A DNA stretch of 63,919 nucleotides, the filler included, from Aduncisulcus paluster (Eukaryota): the NCBI GenBank assembly GCA_024181965.1. It is 5 parts of 5 records of this genome, joined end to end, with 100 filler letters (N's around TTAATTAATTAA, not from the genome) between each part and the next. Parts side by side here need not be neighbours in the genome. Positions count along the whole stretch, not along the records: positions 31,313 to 50,849 come from BQXS01010862.1; 4 more parts are not named here. One strand, given 5' to 3'. A model generated the notes under the pieces. The model had not been told where the DNA came from. It made no database searches and worked only from the letters and a program-made list of their open reading frames with translations. Below, piece after piece: positions 34,220 through 43,154 of this stretch. A program made the position numbers and the translations under genes. The first letter of the stretch is position 1. Each line of letters begins with the position of its first letter.

Positions 34220-36172
34220 ATGGATCAGGTCAATGTACATGATCTTACTGAGGGTTTGAGAGATTGGCGTAATATCCAAGATATCGTACGTCTTACCTTT
34301 AAAGCTCTCTCTGAAACTATTCTTGTTCATGAAGAGGCAATCAAGAACCTAGAGCGGATAGTTGATAGGAAATCCGATTCTGAAAAAGTTGAAGCCGCAC
34401 TTACTGCTAAAGTATCCCATTCAGCCCTTGATGAGAGACTTGACGAAATTTTTCATGCACTTGATCGTAAGGCCAGTGCATTAGAAGTTTCCCGGCTTGT
34501 TGATTCACGTCCTACACATTCTGAAATGACTTCTCAGCTTGATACTCGTACAAAACAACTCGAAAAACTCATTGGTAGAGCTGAAGAAAATACTGACACC
34601 GCTATGGGTGAAGTGAGATCTATTCTGAGCAGAAAGACCGATACCGATACACTTAAATCATTCCGCCAAAGTGTAATCGCGGCACTTCAGCGCAAAGCCT
34701 CCAAATCGGATGTGGAAAGGTTGACTGAAGAGAAGGCTTCGAAAAGTGAGGTGAATACAGCTCTTGCAGGTAAAAGTGATGTGGAGACTCTTAAAATGGC
34801 TCTTGAAAGTCGTCCAACAAAAAGTGATATATTGAAATACGTTGAAGAAAGAGTTGATGAGATGAGGGAAGAATTACTCCAGCAAACTCAACACAAATTA
34901 TCTGATGCTATTCACGAATTCAAGACGGATATTTCCAAACTCACACATGTTTCTTCCCATTCTCAACTCTCGGAAGAAGTTCAATCTCTTGCTCACTCTC
35001 ATTCTGCTAGATTAGATGCTATCACAACTGAAATCGCCTCCTTGACTCACAGCTCTGATTTTAAGCATTTTGTTCGCGAAATTGAGGATCGGGTTGCAAA
35101 GAATCATGACGAAACCTCGCAAATGGTATCGCAAATCAGCAAGAACGTTTCTACCTTCAGTGAGACCACCAAAGATACTCTTGAGATGCAAAAGCATAAC
35201 ATTGGGATATTTACTAAAGATATTGCCGACAAAATGCGTGAATTGCGGGAGATGTGTGATTCGAGGATTTCTTCTCAATCCTCCTCCTACCAGCATCATG
35301 TTAGCCGAGTTGTTGAACAGGAGAAAAAGGACCGCGATGAAAGGTTAATCAAGCTTGAAGATCAAATGAAAGATATGTTCAAACGTGTTAAGGATGAATC
35401 CCAAGAAAGCGTGAAGGAGGTTAGAGTTGAGTGCTCTCGAATCACTGACACACATGAAGAGACCTCTGTTGACACTAAGAATGCCATTGAAGCGCTTGAA
35501 CAGCGTCTTATCTCAATTCAAAAGGAACAAGAGACATCTTCCTCCAAAATCCTAACTGCCGCAAAGGAGGTGACAAGTATTTCGTCATCAATCACTGATT
35601 TCGCCCGTGTCTCTGATATGTGTGCCTTATTGGATATGAAGAGCAACGTTGAAGATGTTAACCGTGCTTTGGCCGAGGTTTCTTCAGAACTTGACACAAA
35701 GGCCACTGCAAGTGAGGTGAAAGCTGCTCTTGAGAGGCAGACCTGTATAAACAATGCCCTTTCAACAGAACATGCTGTTGGTCGTTGGTTATGGAAAAGC
35801 ATGAGGCTGAAATCAACCGGTGCTGTTCCATGGAACGTTCAAGTCGCCAACACAAATCCTGAAAACTTTAGATGGGAAAAAGATCGTTCTATCATCCAAA
35901 TTGTTGCTTCAGGTCTTTACGAGATGTCATTTGGATTCTTTGGAAAACGTCGTCCAACGATTCAAGTTCTAGTGAATGGAGAAGCTGTCATGAGTGCTGT
36001 AAATGCTACTGGAAAAGTTGTGTACCATCCTTCAAGAGGAAAGAGTAGTGGATGTGTCACTGGTCAAAATGTAAGAGAATTTATCGCACTGCCACCAAAT
36101 AGCAAAATCCAATTGATATTTGCAAACGGAGACCCTGCAAGTCAAGGATTCTTGAGTTTGAAAAAATTGTGA
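34220..36172 (+). CDS. Coiled-coil protein with K-A/S-D/S repeats and C-terminal C1q/TNF-like domain
   Basis: WRNIQDIVRLTFKAL N-terminus, repeated KAS/KSD/KTD motifs, C-terminal GRWLWKS..VPWNVQ..NT.PENF.WE..SGLYEMSFGFF. Confidence 0.7.
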   Translation: MDQVNVHDLTEGLRDWRNIQDIVRLTFKALSETILVHEEAIKNLERIVDRKSDSEKVEAALTAKVSHSALDERLDEIFHALDRKASALEVSRLVDSRPTHSEMTSQLDTRTKQLEKLIGRAEENTDTAMGEVRSILSRKTDTDTLKSFRQSVIAALQRKASKSDVERLTEEKASKSEVNTALAGKSDVETLKMALESRPTKSDILKYVEERVDEMREELLQQTQHKLSDAIHEFKTDISKLTHVSSHSQLSEEVQSLAHSHSARLDAITTEIASLTHSSDFKHFVREIEDRVAKNHDETSQMVSQISKNVSTFSETTKDTLEMQKHNIGIFTKDIADKMRELREMCDSRISSQSSSYQHHVSRVVEQEKKDRDERLIKLEDQMKDMFKRVKDESQESVKEVRVECSRITDTHEETSVDTKNAIEALEQRLISIQKEQETSSSKILTAAKEVTSISSSITDFARVSDMCALLDMKSNVEDVNRALAEVSSELDTKATASEVKAALERQTCINNALSTEHAVGRWLWKSMRLKSTGAVPWNVQVANTNPENFRWEKDRSIIQIVASGLYEMSFGFFGKRRPTIQVLVNGEAVMSAVNATGKVVYHPSRGKSSGCVTGQNVREFIALPPNSKIQLIFANGDPASQGFLSLKKL

Positions 36173-36498
36173 GATTCTAAATTGATGAACGAGCTTAACC
36201 GATATTATTATTTATTTTTTCGATACGATGTTTAAAATAAATGAGAATTTCTATGCTTTCATATATTCTCCGATTTGAGCTATCGGCGTTAAACGGAAAT
36301 TCCAGCCGGCAAAAATGGTCAAACACATTCCTTTAGTTCATCCAATAAAAGTATAGCAAAATGAACTTCTTTATTAATCATTCGACAAAATAGTTTTTAT
36401 TCTTTCAAGTTCCATTATTTGTTCAATTCTGTTGTTTTTTGTGTCTAAAAATAGTTCTCCACCAATAATCAAGATTTTTCCTTTTGAACCACTCAGTC

Positions 36499-37907
36499 AT
36501 GTCCCAAGAAGCTATTAAACTTGAGAAGGAATTCTGTGCCCACAACTACCAGTATGTTTCAATAACTATAATTTCAATCGATTTCCTTGCTGGTTGGATC
36601 TATGACATTATTAACTCGAATTATTTTTTCTTCCCGTTGATATTTAATCTGATTTTTTTAGCCCCCTTCCTGTCGTTTTCGACCGTGGAGAAGGTGCCTA
36701 CATCTACAACCCCGAAGGTGTCAAATACATTGATTGCCTTGCCGGTTACTCCGCCCTTAACCAGGGTCACAGACACCCCAAGATTATCGCTGCCCTTAAG
36801 GAGCAAGCTGACAAACTCACTCTCTCTGCTCGTGCCTTCTACAGTACTGGTCTCGGTTCCTACGCTAAGTTGATGTCTGAGATTTTCGCTGACAAGATTA
36901 AAGGTGAGGGTGATGCCATTGCCCACCCAGCTGTTCTTCCCATGAACACCGGTGCTGAAGCCGTTGAGAGTTCTCTCAAGATTGCCAGACGTTGGGGTTA
37001 TGAGAAGAAGGGAATTCCTGAGGGAAAGGCCATGATTGTCTGTGCTGAGGGAAACTTCCATGGAAGAACCATCGCTGTTATCTCCATGTCCGTTGACCCT
37101 GAATGCCGTGAGGGATTCGGACCTTTCGTTCCTGAGATTTTGACCGTTCCATACGACAACGCTGAGGCTCTTGAGAAGGTCTTTGACCAACATGGTAAGA
37201 ATATTTGTGCTTACATCTGTGAACCAATTCAAGGTGAAGCCGGTATCTACGTCCCTGCTGATGGTTATCTCAAGAAGGTTAGAGAGCTTTGTGACAAACA
37301 CAACATTCTCTGGATCGATGACGAAATTCAGGCTGGTATTGCCCGTACTGGTAAGATGCTCTGTGCTGAACATGATGGTGCCAAGCCCGATATTGTTACC
37401 CTTGGAAAGGCTATCTCTGGCGGTGTCTTCCCCGTGTCTGCTGTTATCTGCAGGAAAGAGGTCATGAGTGTTATCACTCCTGGATCTCATGGTAGTACTT
37501 ACGGTGGTTGTTCTCTTGGTTGTGCCGTTGCCAAGAGAGCTATGGAGGTTGTCCTTGAAGAGAAGCTCTCTGAGCGTTCTGCTGTTTTGGGTGAGCGTCT
37601 TCAATCTGGTCTCCGTGCTATTGACAGCCCTATGATCGATTTGGTCCGTGGTAAGGGTCTAATGGTTGCCGTTGTGTTCAAGGACATGCATGGTAAGCAA
37701 GCTTGGGATCTCTGCTGTCTCCTTGCCCATAAATACCAGATTCTCTGCAAGCCAACCCACTCAACTATTATCCGTATCACTCCTCCTCTTGTTATCTCTG
37801 AGGAAGACATTGACTACTTGATTGAATGCTTCGGTAAGGCTATCAAGGAGTTGGAGGAGATGAAAGTTGAGGAGTTAGATGAGAAAATCCCCATCAGAAA
37901 ACTCTAA
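36499..37907 (+). CDS. OAT: Ornithine aminotransferase (class III PLP), 432 aa, one intron 36552-36661
   Basis: Splicing GTATGT...TTTAG restores HNYHPLPVV. Also MNTGAEAVE, NFHGRT, EPIQGEAG, DEIQAG and the PLP lysine in LGKAISGG. Confidence 0.95.
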
Positions 37908-38141
37908 GTTTTTTCGCAATAAATATTTACTCGAGTAGAAGATGAAATTGGTCTTGTTTGAACACTTCAGGGAAATCCGTATTTTTACAGGCAAAAAAAA
38001 ATTAAATCTCATCGTTAATATCTGTTTTGTTCTTTTGCATTAATTATTTTTTTTTTCTACTGGCTAATTTTGAGATTTTTTGCACTCTGATGGGTATCCA
38101 AGAAAAGAATGAATGAGTTTTGTGACCTACACAAAACAAAA

Positions 38142-39359
38142 ATGCCTGCTAAAGATACTAAACACAAATTCAGGGTCAGATCTCAAGTTGCTGTTTCTTT
38201 TAAAGTTGTTTTTGAGAAGTTTTATGCCAAAAATCTTCCTGCTATGGATCGTGGTTCTTCTGATCCCTTTTTCCGAATGGCCTTTGATCATGACTTCAAA
38301 CATTGGACATCTCCAACAATAGAAAGAAATCTTAACCCAAAATGGGAAGATAGGTTGGAATTTGTTTATTCCACCCATTATGCCAAAGTGCTCTCTTTGA
38401 AGAAAGTTTCTTTCAAGTTCTATGACAGAGATGTGGGAGCTGATGATTTTATGGGTGCTGCTGAAATTAATATGGAGCTTCTTGCAGGTGGACACAAGTA
38501 CTATGTTCTCCAGCTTAAAGATAACGAAGGAAATGCAAGGGGAGAATTCGGATTTAAATGTTCTTTCCAACATCAGTCTGAAATCCAAGCCATGTTCTTC
38601 GATGAATGTATCACTTTAACTCCTCCTCGTATGGGAGAAGACTTTGATTTCCCTCGTTCTCTGTTATTCAAAATCAACCTTCTGTATGGAAAATCCATTG
38701 AAACCACTGTTCGAGAAGTCAAAGTGGATGAACTTCCCGAAGAAAGAATGGAGCATGGTGCTATTCTAATCAAGGAACCTGATTTTGTGCTTCCGGCCAT
38801 TTCTTGTTTCTTAGTTAATCATCAACTTGGTGATGCTAAGATTATTCTTGAAGTTTGGGGTAAACTGGGCTGCTGTGGATCCTTAGAGCGTCTTGCTTAC
38901 TTCCCGATTCCTCTCATTGGTCGTGAGTTTGTCCGAGGCAGTAGAGTCGTTGGAGATGAGCCCACCCAGCAACAATTCATGCGTAATGTTCAAGGAGAGT
39001 TCTGTGTTCGTGATGGGAAAGCTGATGGTCTCAAGATCACATTCGGAGGAAGATTGGAGGTTCACAATGCCCCTCTTTCCCCTCGTGGTGTTGTGATGGC
39101 CTCTCTTGCTCTCCAGATGCGTGAACGCGGAGAAGCTGAATTGAGAACCAATGAAAAGGGTAAAATGGAATTAGTGTTTGCTCAAAAGGATGAAAGAAAG
39201 GCAATTAAGAAGGTTCTTCATCTCCATAAGGCTGTTTCTGCCCTCTCTGGAATGCTTTTGAAGATTGAGAAGAAGAAAGATGGTGTCAAACAAGATGATG
39301 ATTCTTCAACTTCTTCTGAAACTGATTTCGCTCTTGCCGTTCCAACAAAGGCTGGATGA
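38142..39359 (+). CDS. C2-domain protein
   Basis: AKNLPAMDRGSSDPF, TIERNLNPKW, FYDRDVGADDFMG (Ca-binding Asp pattern); start 38109 or 38142. Confidence 0.85.
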   Translation: MPAKDTKHKFRVRSQVAVSFKVVFEKFYAKNLPAMDRGSSDPFFRMAFDHDFKHWTSPTIERNLNPKWEDRLEFVYSTHYAKVLSLKKVSFKFYDRDVGADDFMGAAEINMELLAGGHKYYVLQLKDNEGNARGEFGFKCSFQHQSEIQAMFFDECITLTPPRMGEDFDFPRSLLFKINLLYGKSIETTVREVKVDELPEERMEHGAILIKEPDFVLPAISCFLVNHQLGDAKIILEVWGKLGCCGSLERLAYFPIPLIGREFVRGSRVVGDEPTQQQFMRNVQGEFCVRDGKADGLKITFGGRLEVHNAPLSPRGVVMASLALQMRERGEAELRTNEKGKMELVFAQKDERKAIKKVLHLHKAVSALSGMLLKIEKKKDGVKQDDDSSTSSETDFALAVPTKAG

Positions 39360-39680
39360 GTGATGTTGTTCTTTATGTTTTTATAAGGTTGAGATATTGA
39401 GGTGAAATTCGCTGAAGAATTCACTACTCCATTGTTTTTTTATTATTATTCCTTTCTTTGTTCACCAGACTTTTTAAACCCTCGTTTTGTAGTTTTTTTT
39501 TACCTATGATTTATTTTCTAACCCCATTCCAAAATAAAAACTTCACACAACTATCTTATTTTCCTCATATTTTGACAGAAAGTCCAAAAGAAATAAATAT
39601 TATTGGGGTTATATACCTTTATTTGTCAGCAGCAGAGATAGAAAGAAATTTAACCATAGGATTGCAGTGTTTCACCGAAC

Positions 39681-40610
39681 TTAGAAGAGACCTCCGAAGC
39701 CACCCTCAGAAGAGGATTCTTCTTCTTCCTCCTCTTCAGCATCAGCAGCCTTCTCTTCAGCCTTCTCCTCCTCAACGGGAGCAGCAACAACAAACTTGGA
39801 AGGATCAGCAAGGTACTCCTTCAACTCAGCAACAGCGGGGAAGGTGATTTCAGTTTCGGCAACGACGGACAAAATGTTGCGGAAGACCTCGCGGAAGATG
39901 TGAGGAGCAGCAAGCTCGGATGGGATGTGACCACCAAGAGCAAGAGCAGTCATGTTGGTGACAGCGGTCTTAACAGCTCTAAGGTAATCCTCATCTGTAA
40001 GGTCAAGAACATCAGGAGAGTACATCTCACCATCATCGTAGATCATACAAACCTCAAGTCCATAGAAGAAAGGCTCGATCTTGATCATGGACAACAAGTT
40101 AGCCTCAGAAGGACCAACAATGTCACCCTTGGTGATAATCTTAACAGCTTCAGTGATTTCAACAGCACCACGAGCAACCTTAACAGGGATGTCAAGAACC
40201 TGAAGGACACCAACTTGGTTGGGAGCAAGACCAGTGCTCATTGGCTCGACAACAACATCACAAGGAGCGATGGTACCAGCCTTGGCAGGGGCCTTACGAC
40301 GGAAAGATGTGAGAATCTCACGAATCTCGGCAGGGTCCTCATCAGTGAAAACGAAACCAACATTACCCTTAAGGTACTTGTTGAGTTGACCTAAAGCGGG
40401 GATTTCCTTAACAATTTTCCTAAGGACAAAACGCATAAGAGAGTTCTTACCAAGAATAACCTCGGCCTTTCCTCTAAGAGTGAAACGGATATCCTGCATC
40501 TGCTTGGAGCCTACATTATCAACACCCACGATAAGAATCTTGGAGTATTGGTGGAAAGCATTTTCCAACTTTTCAAAGTAAGCCTTCTTCTTCTCAGGTT
40601 TAAGGGGCAT
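39681..40610 (-). CDS. RPLP0: 60S acidic ribosomal protein P0 (uL10)
   Basis: VDNVGSKQMQ.IR..LRG, GNVGFVFT, acidic C-terminus ending GFGGLF. Confidence 0.97.
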   Translation of the reverse strand: MPLKPEKKKAYFEKLENAFHQYSKILIVGVDNVGSKQMQDIRFTLRGKAEVILGKNSLMRFVLRKIVKEIPALGQLNKYLKGNVGFVFTDEDPAEIREILTSFRRKAPAKAGTIAPCDVVVEPMSTGLAPNQVGVLQVLDIPVKVARGAVEITEAVKIITKGDIVGPSEANLLSMIKIEPFFYGLEVCMIYDDGEMYSPDVLDLTDEDYLRAVKTAVTNMTALALGGHIPSELAAPHIFREVFRNILSVVAETEITFPAVAELKEYLADPSKFVVAAPVEEEKAEEKAADAEEEEEEESSSEGGFGGLF

Positions 40611-40943
40611 TCTCTAGCGCTGCAAAAGAAAGATTGTTCCAAATTCTAAAAATGGATAAGTTTCTCAACTCGGAGGTAAATATTCCTTAAATTAATAGAT
40701 AATAACAAAAAATAGTTTATTTTCATACATCTTTGAAAAAATGGGTGATATTGTAATGATATTCCAATAGAATCGGTGGAAAATTATCATTTTGTTGTGG
40801 CCAAAGTTCTTTTGAAAATAGAAAAAAATATTTTATTATACAAAAATACATTCTATATTGTTTAATATTATGCCAATAACTAATGTGAATTACCGAAATA
40901 CACGAGAGGATTGAAAATGGGTTCAGATGTTTATTCAACAGGC

Positions 40944-41664
40944 TTAGAAGAGGTTAGGGCGCTTGGCAGAGAAAGTACCTCTGTACTTGTTGTTACGAAC
41001 GACCTTGGAACCTCTAAGAAGGGGGAAGGCGAGCTTGCTGTCATGGTAAGCAGTGACCTTTTCACGTTTGCATTCCTTAGCAGCGATCTCTTTAACATCA
41101 ACAATCTGGATGGTGTCAAAACGAGCACTGTGTTGACCAGCCATCTCACCATCTAAATTAATCATAAAATTAAAAAAGTATGTAAGATATGATAATAAAA
41201 TAAAAAAAGGTTAATAATAATAATATACATACACATCTGAGCAACAGCTCCAGTCATAGTAACGTCACGGTACTCACGGTACATGTTGAGAACACCAGAA
41301 CGAGATTGGAAGCGGATCCAGAGACCGTAGTTACGGGCGGAAGTCCTCTTCTTGTCCTTGATCTCCTTGACGTCAAGAATCTCAGCGGCGGTCCTCTTCA
41401 CCTTCCTCAACTTCTTTAAGAAGTACCAGAAGCGAGACTTGGCCTGAACTTCATTGTAAGCGAAGATACGCATCTTGTAAATCTGGGTGGCCTCTGTACC
41501 AGTGGGGACCTTTCTGCCACAAATAACGAATTGGTGAAGCTATAAAATGAATGAAAATAAAAAGTAATGATAGAAGAACAACAATTATAAAATCAAAGTC
41601 AGAGATTGAAGGGTTTCAAAAAGAAAAAACAAAAGAAACTCAGCAAATTATGTAAACATACCAT
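40944..41664 (-). CDS. RPL18A: 60S ribosomal protein L18a (eL20), 172 aa, exons 41662-41664, 41233-41539 and 40944-41152
   Basis: MRIFA.N...AKSRFWYFL, NMYREYRD, MYGEMAGQHSAR after splicing two GTATGT..AG introns (41540-41661, 41153-41232). Confidence 0.95.
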
Positions 41665-42209
41665 GACTAGACTAGAATTATAAGAAAAAGAGTGTCACAA
41701 ATGAAAAAGAGAGAGGTGAGAGAAGAGAAAAAAAATATATCGGAAAATAGTGGGAACAAATATATATCAGCATATTATATCGGGATATTATTAATCTAAT
41801 TGAATTAATTATAAAGTTACATACACTCTACTAACGGCGAAGAAGCAAACTTAGCGGCTTTATGATGCTTGCTTGAAAATAAACAAAAATAGCTCTGCCT
41901 GAGAAACATTCTCTCTCCACCCTCCAGCCAGTTAATAAAATTATTTTTATAAATTATTTTCGCAATACATACCATTGTATTTGATTTTTCTGCTATCATA
42001 ATATGGATTGTTTAACTACCACATTAATTAGGAGATGAAGTTGTTCCAGTCTCAAATTGAATGTAAAAATGTATTTAATAATGAACAATTGATATGTTAT
42101 ATTTATTACAATTTTTTGAAATTCATTTCTGAATTGTTCTTGAACTAGAAACTCTCCATTTTATTATTTTTGTTTTGAATCGATTCATATTTGTTTTTTG
42201 GATATTTAG

Positions 42210-42527
42210 ATGTTATTTTGTCCTTTTTGTGGTGTGTGTCTTCTTGTAGACCAAGAGGGGATGCTCAAATTCTTTTGTCCAACCTGTCCTTATATATTCA
42301 ATGTTACTAGAGTCTTCACTAAGGGAGTCCCATTAAAGAAAAAGGTTGTAGATGATGTTCTTGGTGGAGATGATGCTTGGAAGAATGTAGATTCGACTAA
42401 AGCTGATTGTCCCAGTTGTGGTCATGACACTGCTTTTTATCTGACTGTTCAAATTAGATCTGCCGATGAACCTTCAACAATATTCTTTAGATGTGCTAAA
42501 TGTGGTCATAATTGGAGAGAAGGATGA
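42210..42527 (+). CDS. RPC11: RNA polymerase III subunit C11
   Basis: FCPxC...CPTC zinc ribbon, VDDVLGG..AW.NVD, QIRSADEP, C-terminal zinc ribbon. Confidence 0.95.
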   Translation: MLFCPFCGVCLLVDQEGMLKFFCPTCPYIFNVTRVFTKGVPLKKKVVDDVLGGDDAWKNVDSTKADCPSCGHDTAFYLTVQIRSADEPSTIFFRCAKCGHNWREG

Positions 42528-43154
42528 ATTTTTATCCTCAATTTTCAGTTTTACAAGATTTAGAAATTATAATTGGGAGATAGCATATGAACTATTGGAC
42601 ATTCTCCTAACTAACTAATAATCCGTGTGGGATCACTATTTAATAGAAACACCAGGAATCGTGATTCTAGTGATTTTCTATAGATGTGTATGGTAGGAGT
42701 ATTTTATCTTAAGTATTGGCCCTCCAATCGGCTCCGAGATGAAGTTTGGACCATTTTTGTCAATTATTTTACTCAAATAGGTTTCAAACAAAGAGTGAGT
42801 TTTGTTTTCTAGTTGGAGCTTTCCTGTTCCAAAAATTTTATTAGAAATAAATAATTTAATTGTTGTTTATAATATATGGATGTTTACATGAGACTTCCCT
42901 TGTTAATTGAGCTCCTGGATATGAAAGGTCTTCATTTGGTATCTTCTACGCATTCCGTTTATAAAAAACTTATTTATTTTTTATCTTTGGAATTATCCTA
43001 CTTATATTTGTATGTTTGTTTGAATTAACATGTTTTTCTCTTTGAGTTTAAGGCTCAATCATTTCTGATGATTAACGCATCTTTATATATATATTTTCTC
43101 CTCAAATTCCACTTTTTTTGTTCCAACCATCACATTAATGGATTAGAAAATATA

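Noticed and set aside
36621-37604. 327-aa antisense ORF (also 39900-40394 and many short overlapping ORFs)
   Set aside because: Shadow frames of strongly codon-biased genes (OAT, RPLP0) with no recognisable protein features
40620-40728. Possible 5'UTR intron of RPLP0 (GTATGA...TTGCAG)
   Set aside because: The donor deviates from GTATGT and cannot be validated by reading frame; needs RNA-seq
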